Source: Saccostrea cucullata
Lineage: Eukaryota
Direction of reading: 5' to 3'
Length of the DNA: 64,000 nucleotides
Assembly: GCF_032062105.1 (NCBI RefSeq)
Contig: NW_026927480.1
Location: forward strand, 1 to 64,000
This document shows, one piece after another, positions 49,801-61,800 of the stretch. Position numbers and translations under genes: made by a program. The first letter of the stretch is position 1. Each line of letters begins with the position of its first letter. Below the pieces are notes generated by a model. That model did not search any database. It had not been told where the DNA came from and saw only the letters and a program-made list of their open reading frames with translations.

Positions 49801-52800
49801 AAAGTAATGCTTAAAATGCTATGTATCCATATAAATTATAAGTATTTTAAAAACTGAATTGTTTAAATTGAGGTATAATTTTCAAATATCATTTTGATAA
49901 TATTTGTAAATGTAATTAGTTTTCTAAAAAATGATATTTTAGGAGTAGTAAAAACCAACCCAAGAAAGCTCTCATAGCATTGTCTGGCATTCCACTTCCA
50001 CTAGATTGAGAGGTTTGTTTCGCTGAAGCTACCCCTGAAAAAAAATTATTATTGTCGGGATCGGGGTTAAAAGATATGTATCCTACAAAAAAGTGTTTTC
50101 TGTATTATTTTTCCTATTTATCATAGCACTTAGATTGTAATGCTCTTGTCTAAGACGACATTGCGATCTGCACAATTTAAAATAGATCCTGTTAAAATTT
50201 AATACACATACGCATGCGCGAACTAAGAGTGCAAAGCTAGACAGTTAATTTAGAGCAAATCTGTCTTAAAAGCTCTAGGATTTATTTTCTACAAATTAAA
50301 GGGAAATCTTTGAAAGCCATTAATTAAAAAGAACATATTGTTCTGCTTCAAACATTAAAATTTATTAGTGATTCTAACTGTTAATCCCAATACCTTCCAT
50401 GGGAAACACAAAAACCAAAAATAAATAAAAAATAACAAATAAATAAAATTCAAATCCTGAAAACATTGTTTTTAATTTTCAGCTTGATGGCTATTCCATA
50501 CTTCTGATTAATTTAAACTGAAAAGAAAATTAATTTTCAAAAATAAACATAATTAAAAAAAACCTTTATAAATATATTTTCACCATTTAGATAAATCTAA
50601 TTAAAACGAACCCCCCCCCCTTATTTAAAATTCGCGGAAAAATCACATAAAAAAATCCATACAATTAACTTGGATACTTTTCAGTTCAATCGATGGCTCC
50701 TATGGATATCGCTTATTGCAAATGACTTTTACGTATTTCATAATCAATAAGGATTTCCGATATCATATCTTCACTTTGTAGTTCAGTTCATAAATTTTGA
50801 TTGATATGAATTTAAGAAAAAATCATTAATTTTCACCGTGAAAGAATTTGTGCGTTGCTCACCGTAAGAATCAGATAACCCTTGACCTTGACCCAAGCCA
50901 GATAAAGTTGCATCACGGGCTATAAATAGAAACAAATGATTAATGATTAAACATTCACTACGACAAGGTTTAAAGTACATGTAATTAAACAGAATTTGCA
51001 ATATTTGAAGAGTTGTTTTTGGTTTTTATGGTTATCATTGTCTAGATAATGGATGTTATAGGCATTTCAGATTGTTGTTAACAGTTCTCCTTAGTTTGGA
51101 AGCTTACTTCTTGAAGAAGTCAAAGACAGACTTGGTGAAGACGACCTGGAAGGCGAAGCTGTAATGCAGAAAAAGGTAAGTTCATCAAGTAAATATATCA
51201 AGTTAATATATTTTAATTAAATAAATCAAAGCCTAACCTTTTTTCGTGGGAAAATAATTGATAATTAAAATTAACAATTACATTATATATATCTTCATTT
51301 AAAAACAACTTATTCACTTTCTCATTCTCTCAGGTGCTTACTTTCATTTTTCTAAGTATAAAGGCAGATTTTAATACTTCGTATTCTTTCTTAGCATTAA
51401 ATTTAGCAGTAGTCCCATCAGGGATCATGAATAAGTGATATTACTTGAGAAGATACAAGCAGTTGTCCTATCAGAGATAATGAATAAGTGATATTACTTG
51501 AGTATATACTTGGACTAGATAAATCGCTATATGCCATAGGAATTGGCTCTGGAAGGGCGCTTTGCGCAGTCGTTGAAGGAATTGACGTAACAGCAGTAGT
51601 AGATACCATAGTAGTAGTAGTAGGATTGGTAGTAGTAGTGTTAATGTCCAGATTTACAGTTGAATTCGCTATTATTATCTCATCTACCGATACATTTATG
51701 TTATTGGATAATTCTACAGGAGTAAATATTCAAAAACAGTTGATTAGTAATTAATCATACAACAAATAAAAACAAATATACATATATGTAAATATATATT
51801 AATACCGCAACCTGTACCAACTTATAATATTCATAAACCATAATTACAAATTAATGAAGTGTAAGTCACCATATCGACAATTAGGAGAATGTTAATCACT
51901 CACATGGTTATAAAGTCCCAAACAAAGACAAACTACAAGACACCCCAATAGAAGTTTTAAAAAATCAGTTAGTTTGCATTATGTATATTTACTTTAAAAA
52001 CAATTACCACAATCATGCATGCATAAGTAAAAGTAAACCCGTGACGTTGCCTAAAGACACTTCATTATTTGTTTAATTTTATTTTTAATGTTAAAAATAC
52101 AAGTCAGTCAAAATAACTGATGCATTAGACAATCTTGCCTTGTGTTTGTACATAGTTCATATCCTCGTTCTGTGAAAGATGGTGGAAATTTCTTTGGCTC
52201 TGTTCATTTCCCGACAAACTTGACATGAGATTTGTCCTGTGATTATCGTTCCTGGACATAGACAAACCTCCTTGAACATCAGTGTGAGGAATGGAATTGG
52301 ACAGCTGACCGGCCGTATGGACTCTAGAAGAATCCTCGGAAGTAGCTAGTCTGTGAGAAACATGTTCACTTAATTCTTGCTTACGCTTTCTCAAAGGTAC
52401 GCGTTGTCGGCGAGGTTTTCTGCTTTGTTCAAAAACAGCGCGGGCTTTATCTAGAGCGGAGATTGGGGAGGGCGTGGGTGGAGGTGGTGTTGTGGTAGTT
52501 GTCGTGGTTGTTGGTGGTGGTTTTGTTATTTCCGGATACAGAATTTCCGTGATTGGTTCTTGTGTTACATATTCATAAACGTAGGTTGTGTCAATAGACA
52601 GAGGGTCCATAGTGGTTTCTGGAACGGTTTCTGTAACTTTCTCAGTTTTTTGTTCTGTTACTGAAACTTGAGCCTGTTTTGATTCTGATTTGGATGTCGT
52701 TGAAACATCGATGATTTTGGTCGCTTCTTTAGCTGTATCTAATTGACGGAGTTCCTCCAATTCTTTCTGTCTTTTCATGTCCTTCTTAATTTGTTCAATT

Positions 52801-55800
52801 ACCCTTTCACTTGCAGTCGGTGTGACGGATCGAGACAGTGATATCTTTACTTCTTTGGATGGTATAAGGGTTTGTTCTTTCTTGTTAGTCTCCAAAGTCT
52901 TTGTTATTCCTGGCTTGAGCTCTATTTTAGTTGAGGTTACTGAAGACTTTTCTGTTAACGGTATTTTAGTCTTCTTTCCCCTTTGTCTTTCTGATAGTCG
53001 AAAATTACTTGTTTCTGAAAATATCTTTTTTTCATTCTGGTTTTTGGATTCTGGTACAGTACGTAATTTTGTTTTTACTGTGATATTCAATAATTTCATT
53101 GAGGGATCACCTTTTTTCTTTTTGTGTATTTTTGTAAGGGCTTTGACAATATTGTTTGCTGTTTTATTGTGTGTTTCTTTAAAATAACCTGTTAAAACGT
53201 CTAACATATTATTGATTTGCTCTACCATTCGGGTCTCGCCCACGGCTCGCTTTCGCCTCAGTGATACTTTGTTATTGACCCCAACGTTTGCGTTTAGATT
53301 TGTGTCCATTGGAACTTTGGAAGCGGCTTCCATAGCTTTTGCAGCAAGCAGTTCCGTGTTGAAAAGTACTGGATTGGATAACCCTACCCCTGTTCTCATT
53401 GGAGTACCTTGACTCACTGATTCACTTGATGTAGTTCTGGAACTGACACTTCCTCCTGTCTTTGTTGCAGATGATGCTGTCATACCAGTTCTTACATTAC
53501 CTCCCAAGCTTGTCGATTCACTTGATGTTCCGGTTGTTAGTAATCCACCAGTTGTTCCATCTGCAGTTATAGACGTTCCAGAGCTGATAGACCCACTAGG
53601 GCTTATAGACCCGCCAGTGCTGATAGAGCCACCAGTGCTTACAGATCCTCCAAGTCCTGCACCACTGCTTCTTGTCTCAGTTGATTTTGACGTTTTTTCA
53701 ACACGGGTCTCAGTTTTTACAACTTCTGTGCCTGGTCTCTCAATAAACTCGTTCGACCCTCTTGTGTTTGTGTCAACGTTACGTAAGTTGAAAGTCTCGG
53801 CACCTTGTCTGCTAGTTACGGTGTTTCCAGTGTTGGACATTACTTCTGTACCACCCACTTGCAACGATCCGGTTTGAACAGAGGAAGAAGATTCCGATGT
53901 CACGCCGGGTTCAATGAAAAACAACATAGCGTTATTTGGTCTGCTCATGCCTGGTGGTGTAAGGGACAGGGACGATCCTCCTGCAAGATCCCCACTTGCT
54001 ATATCCAGACTTCCAGACACACCAGATGGTCCGCTTATAACACGACCTGGCTGTCTTGGTTTAGCAACGTTAACTGTACCTGTCGATGAAGTAGACGACG
54101 ACGTTTTTGTTGAAGTAAAGGAAGTGTCAGATGATGTAACATCTGTAGAAGCCATCGTTCCATCTGCGAAGTTAGCATCGACGTACTCAATAACTTCTGT
54201 AACAACCGTTCCATCTTTCTGTACGGTTGTTTTAGTCTGTGGTGGCAATATTTTTTCTCCAGGTGCAGCGATAATTTCTTCGGTCACAGTTGTGATAATC
54301 TCCTCCACTTGTTGTTCTGGTTTAGAGGGCGCTATATTTCGTCCTGTGTCCAAAAGTATAAAATCAAAACCAGGATTTTGATTAGTTACTGAACTTGATG
54401 ATGAAGAAGAAGAAGTAGACGATGTCGAAATTGTACCAGTTGAAACTGCACTTTCACTATTTAACCCACTCGTGCCACTGTTTGCACCTGTAAGGTTATT
54501 TTCTGCAACAATACTTCCCGATCTAGAATCCCTTGTTACTCCGTTTGCATCTAATGTGAATGACGTTTCTACAGTGCGAAAATCGCTTGCTTTCTCTGAT
54601 GATCGGCTTTCATTTAGAGTCGTTGTAGTACCTTCTGTAACTACGATGGTTTCACTTGCTGGTTGTGTAACGTTCTTAATTACAACTGTTTCCTCAATGA
54701 TAATAGTTGAATCTCCAGCTGGATCCCGTATTGTTGTGTAATTTGTCCAAGAAGCGTTTTGCAATTGTGCTGATCCTGAAACGCCCGACACGGTATCAAC
54801 AGAAACATTATCTACACTTGTCCCACCTGTTGAAATAGTTGACGCTCCCGTCAAAGACGATGTATCGACAAATGATGACGAAGAGTCGGTAGAAGATATT
54901 CCAATCTCTGCAGTAGGGACCGGGTCAACGAGTGGAACAATTTCTGGTTGAATATCTACGGTTTCAGAGGTGACAACATTTGCTATGTTTGCCGAGTCTA
55001 CAATTGGAAGCGTCGGATCTACTACCACTGTTCCTGAGATTCCGGTTGTTGATAAAGATGTATCAAGAGATGACAATGAAGATGATGGGAGTCCTTGAAC
55101 TGATGTTGTTTCAGAAACAGCTGTAACATTGCTATCAGACATGCTGCTAGTTGTAAAAGAGGTGCCACCTATATTTCCTGTAATTCCACCTTCTACTGAT
55201 TCAACTGGAATTAGTCCACCCTGACCATCCGTGACAAAGGTTTCGGTAATTATTGTCTCTCTTATAATTGTTTTACCAGCGGGAATAGAATCTTGTGATG
55301 AGGTTGAAGAGTTCATAACCTCTCTTGTTACCGAAATTTCACCAGGAATAACTACTGTCTTTTTTGAAATCTCAGGTTTGTATGTTGTATCAGTTACAAT
55401 AGTCTCTGTCAGTGATGGACTTCGTATGTCCGTCTCCAATCTTGTTGTATTTGATGTTGTGACAATTGTCTCTGTTCTTCCGTCTTGTCTGCTGATATCT
55501 ACGTTTCTATTTACGTCGCCTGTTAGTGTGGCGGAGGATCCGCCAGCAGATTCAATGGTTAATGAAGTATCCTTTTCTTGAGTTCCAGATAAAGATGTAG
55601 AACCCGCACCTGTATTGAGGGAAACAGAGGTGGCAACATCTTTACTACCAGATAAGGTGCCTAAATCAGAAGCTATTGTTGCTGACTTATCAACTGTTCT
55701 ATCACCTTCAACAGACACTCTACTTCCATCAGACCCAATCATTAGACTGGAATCTACGACACTACCACTAGTAATTGTAGAATCTCGACTTCCTAAAACA

Positions 55801-58800
55801 GATACAGTTTCTCCAGATCTGGTGATATCAAGTGGTGGATCAGTCGTGACATTGCTTGTCCAAATGGAGACACTAGCATCCCTATCACGGCTTTTGCTGA
55901 CAACATTTCCACTTGTTTGCATGCCCTGATCTATGATTGTTACAGAGGCATCCCTATCTCGAATTGTACCGATATCGTTGCCCGAATCTATTGTGACTGT
56001 TGCACCTATGTCACGACTAGACCCAGCTGTATCAGTTACGGTAATTGTTGACCCTATATCCCCCCTTGTTTCAGTTTCAGATCCACCAGTTACAGTCACT
56101 GTTGATCCAATGTCTCTACTTGTTCCAGTGTCTTGTCCTGTCAGCGTAAAACCGGTGCCGCCATCATTAGTAATACCTGTTTTTTGGTCCGTATTTGTAG
56201 TAATAACCTCCTCTACTACAGTAATAGTTTGAACTCCTGTTCCTTCTATTCTTCCTTTGTCATTTGTTACAACACCTCCTGTATCGCTATAGTTTGACTG
56301 AACTTCGGTAACAGATCTTCCAGGCTTAACAATCAGAACATCAAACGGCAGTCCATCTGTAGTCACGGAAGTTTCATAAGGATCAACACTGCCTGTCTTG
56401 ATAGAAGATGTTGACGATGTTGATGACGAGGATGATGTAGAAGAAGTGACTGATGATCGTGCTCCTGGGCTACCTTGATCGATAACTGTCTCTGTGACCT
56501 TTTTAACGACTTCAGTTACTGGTCTTCTGTCTACAGTTTTTTCTACAACTGTGTCAACGACGACCGGATTATTATCTACCAAATTAGTTGTCACTGTCCT
56601 TCCAAAATTTGTTCCAATTGGTCGGTAATTAATATTTTCCGTTCTTCCTGTAACTCTTTCCATCGTTTCTTTAGGAATAATCATTGGTGGTGGATCGACA
56701 TTGATGGGGGAGACTGTATCTGTTACAGTTGTTACCGGTCTATAATCAATCATTATCGGTATCCCATCTGTAGATCCTGCAAACAGCGTGTTAGAATTAA
56801 CACCGCCACTTTCGTAATTGATTGAATCTTTCACATTCGATGTTGATCCGTCACTTTTGTAGTCTATGACTGTAATGTTTGTAACAGAAACAGTTTGTCC
56901 CCTGCTAGTTCCCCCAGAATCAGGCAGGAGGTACTTGTTTGACGTAGATGAAGTTTCTGTAGATGAACTTGTGTCAAAGATATTTCTTGTGTCTGTGGAA
57001 CCCGTACCTATCACACTGACTCTAGCATCATTTGTAGTATCAGCAAAACGTTGGGCATCTATATTCCTTCCACTAACAAATGTTGTATCAACTGTTCTAC
57101 CGGGTAGTGTGCTACCACCTAGGATTGTTTTACTAGTAGCGCCGCTTTCATGAACATCAGATATTAAAACAGAGTGGGGTTCGACGCCACCAGCAAATGT
57201 TTCCCTGATTATTGTTTCTCTTGTGATTAATTGTGGGCCCGAAGATCCTGTTCGCTCTGTAAATGTCACATCTCCAATCCTAGAAGAAGTTGTTTCTCTC
57301 ATAGTTTTACTCGTTTCAGAAGAGGTAACACCACGAACTTCAGTAACTGTACCAGCATCCGCCACTGAACCTGCATTTGTTGTAACTACCGTTTTAGATT
57401 CCGTCACACCGTCTGAAGGTACGAAAACAAAGTCAGTTGCGGTAGAACTACCGGCAGTTTCTCCGCGTGTACCACTCACAGTAACATCTGTAGATTTATC
57501 TGTTCGTGAGCTACTTATTGTATTTCCTGTTATAGTCGTTTCCGTGCGTGGACGCTCACCGGTTACAATTGTTTCAGTAATGGTTTCAGTTCGTGGACGT
57601 TGACCAGTTACAATTGTTTCAGTTATGGTTTCAGTTCGCACGTCTTTATCCCGGATGGCAGGACGAATTAATGCATTTGAATTTACAGTTTCCCTAACAG
57701 TAGTATCAGACCGTCCGGATATGGGGATTTCAATATTTGTTGTTCCTCTATTACCTGAAATATCAACTTTGGTCGTTCCAGTTTCGATATATTCATTTGT
57801 TCGCAAAGTAGATGAAGAACTCCCACTACCACTTGGTACAAACGTGTTTATGTTAACTACAGGATCTGTTTGAATCTCTTTAGTCGTTGTTACGGTTTCG
57901 GTAAACATTTGGCCTCTCCCATCTTGAACTTGGACCTCACTAATTATTAATCTTTCTGGGATATCAGGCCTTGCATTCCCATTCAATAAAATGTCAACAG
58001 ATGAACCCCCAGCATTGGTTGAAGAATGTGATTCACGAAGAATACTGTCTATTTGTCTATTTCCTGAAACCGTTGTTACGGTCGGAATTTCATTGGTGTT
58101 TATATTAATGTCCTTAGTTGTTGATATATCAACTGTTTTAGAAGATCTATCAACTGTTGTTGACCCAGAGGTATCAACACTGGTAAAGCCTACGTTGTCT
58201 GTGGTCAATGTCCCGGTGTTATCTACGAAACTACCCATGGTGTCCTTCGTTGTAACAAAGGTTCCCCCCGTTGTGTCGTCACCAGATATGATTTTTGTCT
58301 CGTTGATTATAGTGATTGTGGTTATTGTTTTAATGACATTACCATTTGGGTTTCTGTATGTTTTTGTAACTTTACTAACACCGCCAGGGGATGTTTCTGT
58401 AATTGTAGTGCTTAAACCGCCATCAATAGAAGTTGACATACCACTTCCAGTGTTTGTTTCCGTTCGTGTAGTTTCAATAAATCTATTTCCACCTGAGGTT
58501 GACATACCACTACCAGTGTTTGTGTCTGTTCGTATGGTTTCAATAAATCTATTTCCACCTGAGGTTGACATACCACTACCAGTGTTTGTTTCTGTACGTG
58601 TAGTTTCAATAAATCTATTTCCACCTGAGGTTGACATACCACTACCAGTGTTTGTGTCTGTTCGTATGGTTTCAATAAATCTATTTCCACCTGAGGTTGA
58701 CATTCCACTACCAGTGTTTGTGTCTGTTCGCGTGGTTTCAATAAATCTATTTCCACCTGAGGTTGACATTCCACTACCAGTGTTTGTTTCTGTACGTGTA

Positions 58801-61800
58801 GTTTCAATAAATCTATTTCCACCTGAGGTTGACATACCACTACCAGTGTTTGTTTCTGTACGTGTAGTTTCAATAAATCTATTTCCACCTGAGGTTGACA
58901 TACCACTACCAGTGTTTGTTTCTGTACGTGTAGTTTCAATAAATCTATTTCCACCTGAGGTTGACATTCCACTACCAGTGTTTGTGTCTGTTCGCGTGGT
59001 TTCAATAAATCTATTTCCACCTGAGGTTGTTGTCAAAGTAACACTTCCTCTGTCGACAACTTCATTCACTCTTCTGTCCATTGTGTTATCAACAACATTA
59101 TTCTCGTTCATTACGTTAATAGTGTTTGAAAAATCGATATAACCCCCATTTACTGCACTAGAACTGACACCCCCATTGTTTAACCCTGTAGTGGATGTCT
59201 TTGTGACAGTGGTTTTTGATCCTACAACTCCGCCTGTTCCCAAGGAACCAGCTGCTGTGGACCCTGTTCTTCGTTCTGTTGTTATTAGAGAGTTGTCTAT
59301 CATTGAACTTCCTCCATTTATATTTACACCACCTCGTACAGTAGCGTCCATCCACCTTGGGTTAACGCCAGGCTTATTAAAGTATGTTGTTTCTTTTACT
59401 ACTGTTTTGCTTGCCGATCCAGACCCTATGCTACCATCAACATTCAGGTTTGTATTTGTTGTTTTTGTTGCTTTAGTACGACTTCCAATATCTGTAGTTA
59501 CTCGGTTTACGTCCCATTTACTCGTTTTACCAACACTAAACTTTTCTCTACCACCTCCAGTCCCATCCCACTTTGTCGCTCCTCCCCAATTGGGTGCTCC
59601 ATTCCAACTCAGTGTACCAAGGTCGGGATTTAATGGCTCTGAAACCCACATTGAGGCTGGGATTCCTGATTGTGTTTCAATGTTTTCTATCCGATTGACA
59701 CGATTTCGTCCGCTGCCAGCTAAGTAATATGGGTACACTGGGGCCAAAGTAGGCCAAACAGGTTTCATTTCTCTGGGAGGCCATCTTGGGGCAAGTGTTC
59801 GTGCCTCTTGCTCTGGAGAGGGTGTAGTATAACCTCTGTAGATATTTACATCACCTTCCCCTGAAATGGTACAGTTCAAAATATTTTTAATATTTATTGA
59901 AAGAAGAAAATGCAAAAGAGTAATGTACAAGAAAGTAATACTTCATCCGATTATTTTCCTAAACTATTAGAATGAATTTTAAGTATCTATTTCATATTGT
60001 CAATCGACAAATAATATAACTGAAGAACTTATCAAATAAGTCACCTTTCAAGGAAATTATTCTCTCAATTTTTTTCCTGATGTTTGTCGGAGCTTGTCGT
60101 CTTCTACGTATGTGTTTGAATGTATTTTCTGCATTTGAGGAAGTCGATCTTTTCTCTGTAAAGTTGTAAAGGAAATTCCTGGATCCATTTTGTTTGGTTA
60201 ATAAAAAAGTCTAACTAATGGAAAAAAGCTCACTACTATTTTATGGGATAGAGTTGCATTCAATGTAGCGGTGTTCATTTAGATTCTCTTAAACTAGCAG
60301 AATATTTTATAAACAGGGAGCTCGTACATTATAAGCCCTTGGAGTGGTATGGCGCAAAACAGCTAACAGAAAGACCTAAAAAATTTTTGTGAAAATGTGG
60401 TTCAACGTATAGCAAGGAGGTAAAGAGCTCAAATAGAGTTATTATCCAAAATGTTTAGGACTGGTAGAGACATTAATAAAAAGTTATTTGTTAAAGAGCT
60501 ACTAAAACCTGAAGCATTAGTTCACCAGTATAAATATAAATCATGTTATGATCTACACTTTTCTGTCCAGTTGTTAAGAACTAGAGTCAGGAAAAATTAC
60601 AAATCTCATCAGTTCATATTATCCAAAGAATTAAAAGTTAAAGATAAGTATAAGCAATGCGTTATGGATATTTTAAGCGTTAAGTGTCTACAAGATTTGA
60701 TAGTGACCTACATCTAGATTAATAAAGAGTAACTGTTGTCCATATCCTTTCTTCTGCTTTTCAGTATCCACATTCCGTCTCTCCTCTATCATTGTGTTCT
60801 TTTTTCCTCTCGTTCGATAAGGTGACGCTAAAAAAACGCGTTAGGAGTACACGTATCACGCTCTGTGATGTCTTATACACTGTTAAACGCGAATACATGC
60901 ATTCAAAAACATACTTTGGATACAGATAGGCGCTTATAAATTAGTTATAATAGGGCCTAAATTTCTCGAGTGTTTTTTTTCTAATTCCATAATTGGATAC
61001 GAAAATTTTAATCATGAACAAATTAACTGGCAGTCTCCATTTGATTAATCAGGTAAGTAAATAAATAATACATTCCTTACCGTTTCAGAAGAAAGTGTCA
61101 AAATCTCAGAAAATATAGAAATGTAACTTAGAAAGGGTAATGCGACGTCCATTGCCCCTAGAACTAACTGGATGTTTTAGGAAGAATGCAATTGACAGCA
61201 ACTGAGAGAATGAGAAAAAGAAGCCTGAGAGAATGAGAGGTGCGATTGGAAACATTAATTGTATACAAACCCTTTTTCTGTTTGTGTATCATTTCAGCAT
61301 GTAATCTGGCCGTGCCAGTCAACGGGGCCAAAGAATGTTGGACAAGTGCAAGTGTATCTAAAAGTACGAATTAAGTCGTGCCAAAGAATGTCCTGATAAT
61401 CTTAAACAGTCGATCAAAATATTTTAACTCTTGGTGATAGATTAAATTGATTGACTCCCCAGTGCAGCTTTCCAGTTAAAGAAATTCCATCTGCTTCATA
61501 TTTAATGTTAAAAAAAGACAATGAAAAAGGAGACTAGAAGTTAGGAATGGAGAAATGACAATTTACCTTTAGAGTTTGATTGAGATGGAACAACTGTCCA
61601 GCGACCTCCAGTTCGAGATGATTGGGGCGTGTCCTCCCAAGAAGAGGGGCGTGCCGTTGACGGTACTACCACCCATTGATCATTTGATTGTTTTTGATTG
61701 GTAGTTGAAATTGACTGATGGCTCTGTACTTGTGTGCTACCTATGAAAAATTTAGAATACTTAAGTTCCTTCTTCTAAACATATCTTTCTTATGCTATTT

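Noticed and set aside
56050-56075. RGD tripeptide in the giant exon as an integrin ligand
   Set aside because: A single RGD in ~2,600 low-complexity residues is expected by chance.
52777-59727. Many long plus-strand ORFs (e.g. 57991-59142, 383 aa) and the alternative-frame ORF 58412-59020
   Set aside because: Antisense or out-of-frame shadows of the Thr/Ser-rich exon and its 66-bp repeat; no independent splice signals or domains.
59861-59930. Hydrophobic N-terminus MYITLLHFLLSI of the 2601-aa ORF as a signal peptide
   Set aside because: It is the pyrimidine-rich intron end before the acceptor at 59860; in-phase upstream exons exist.
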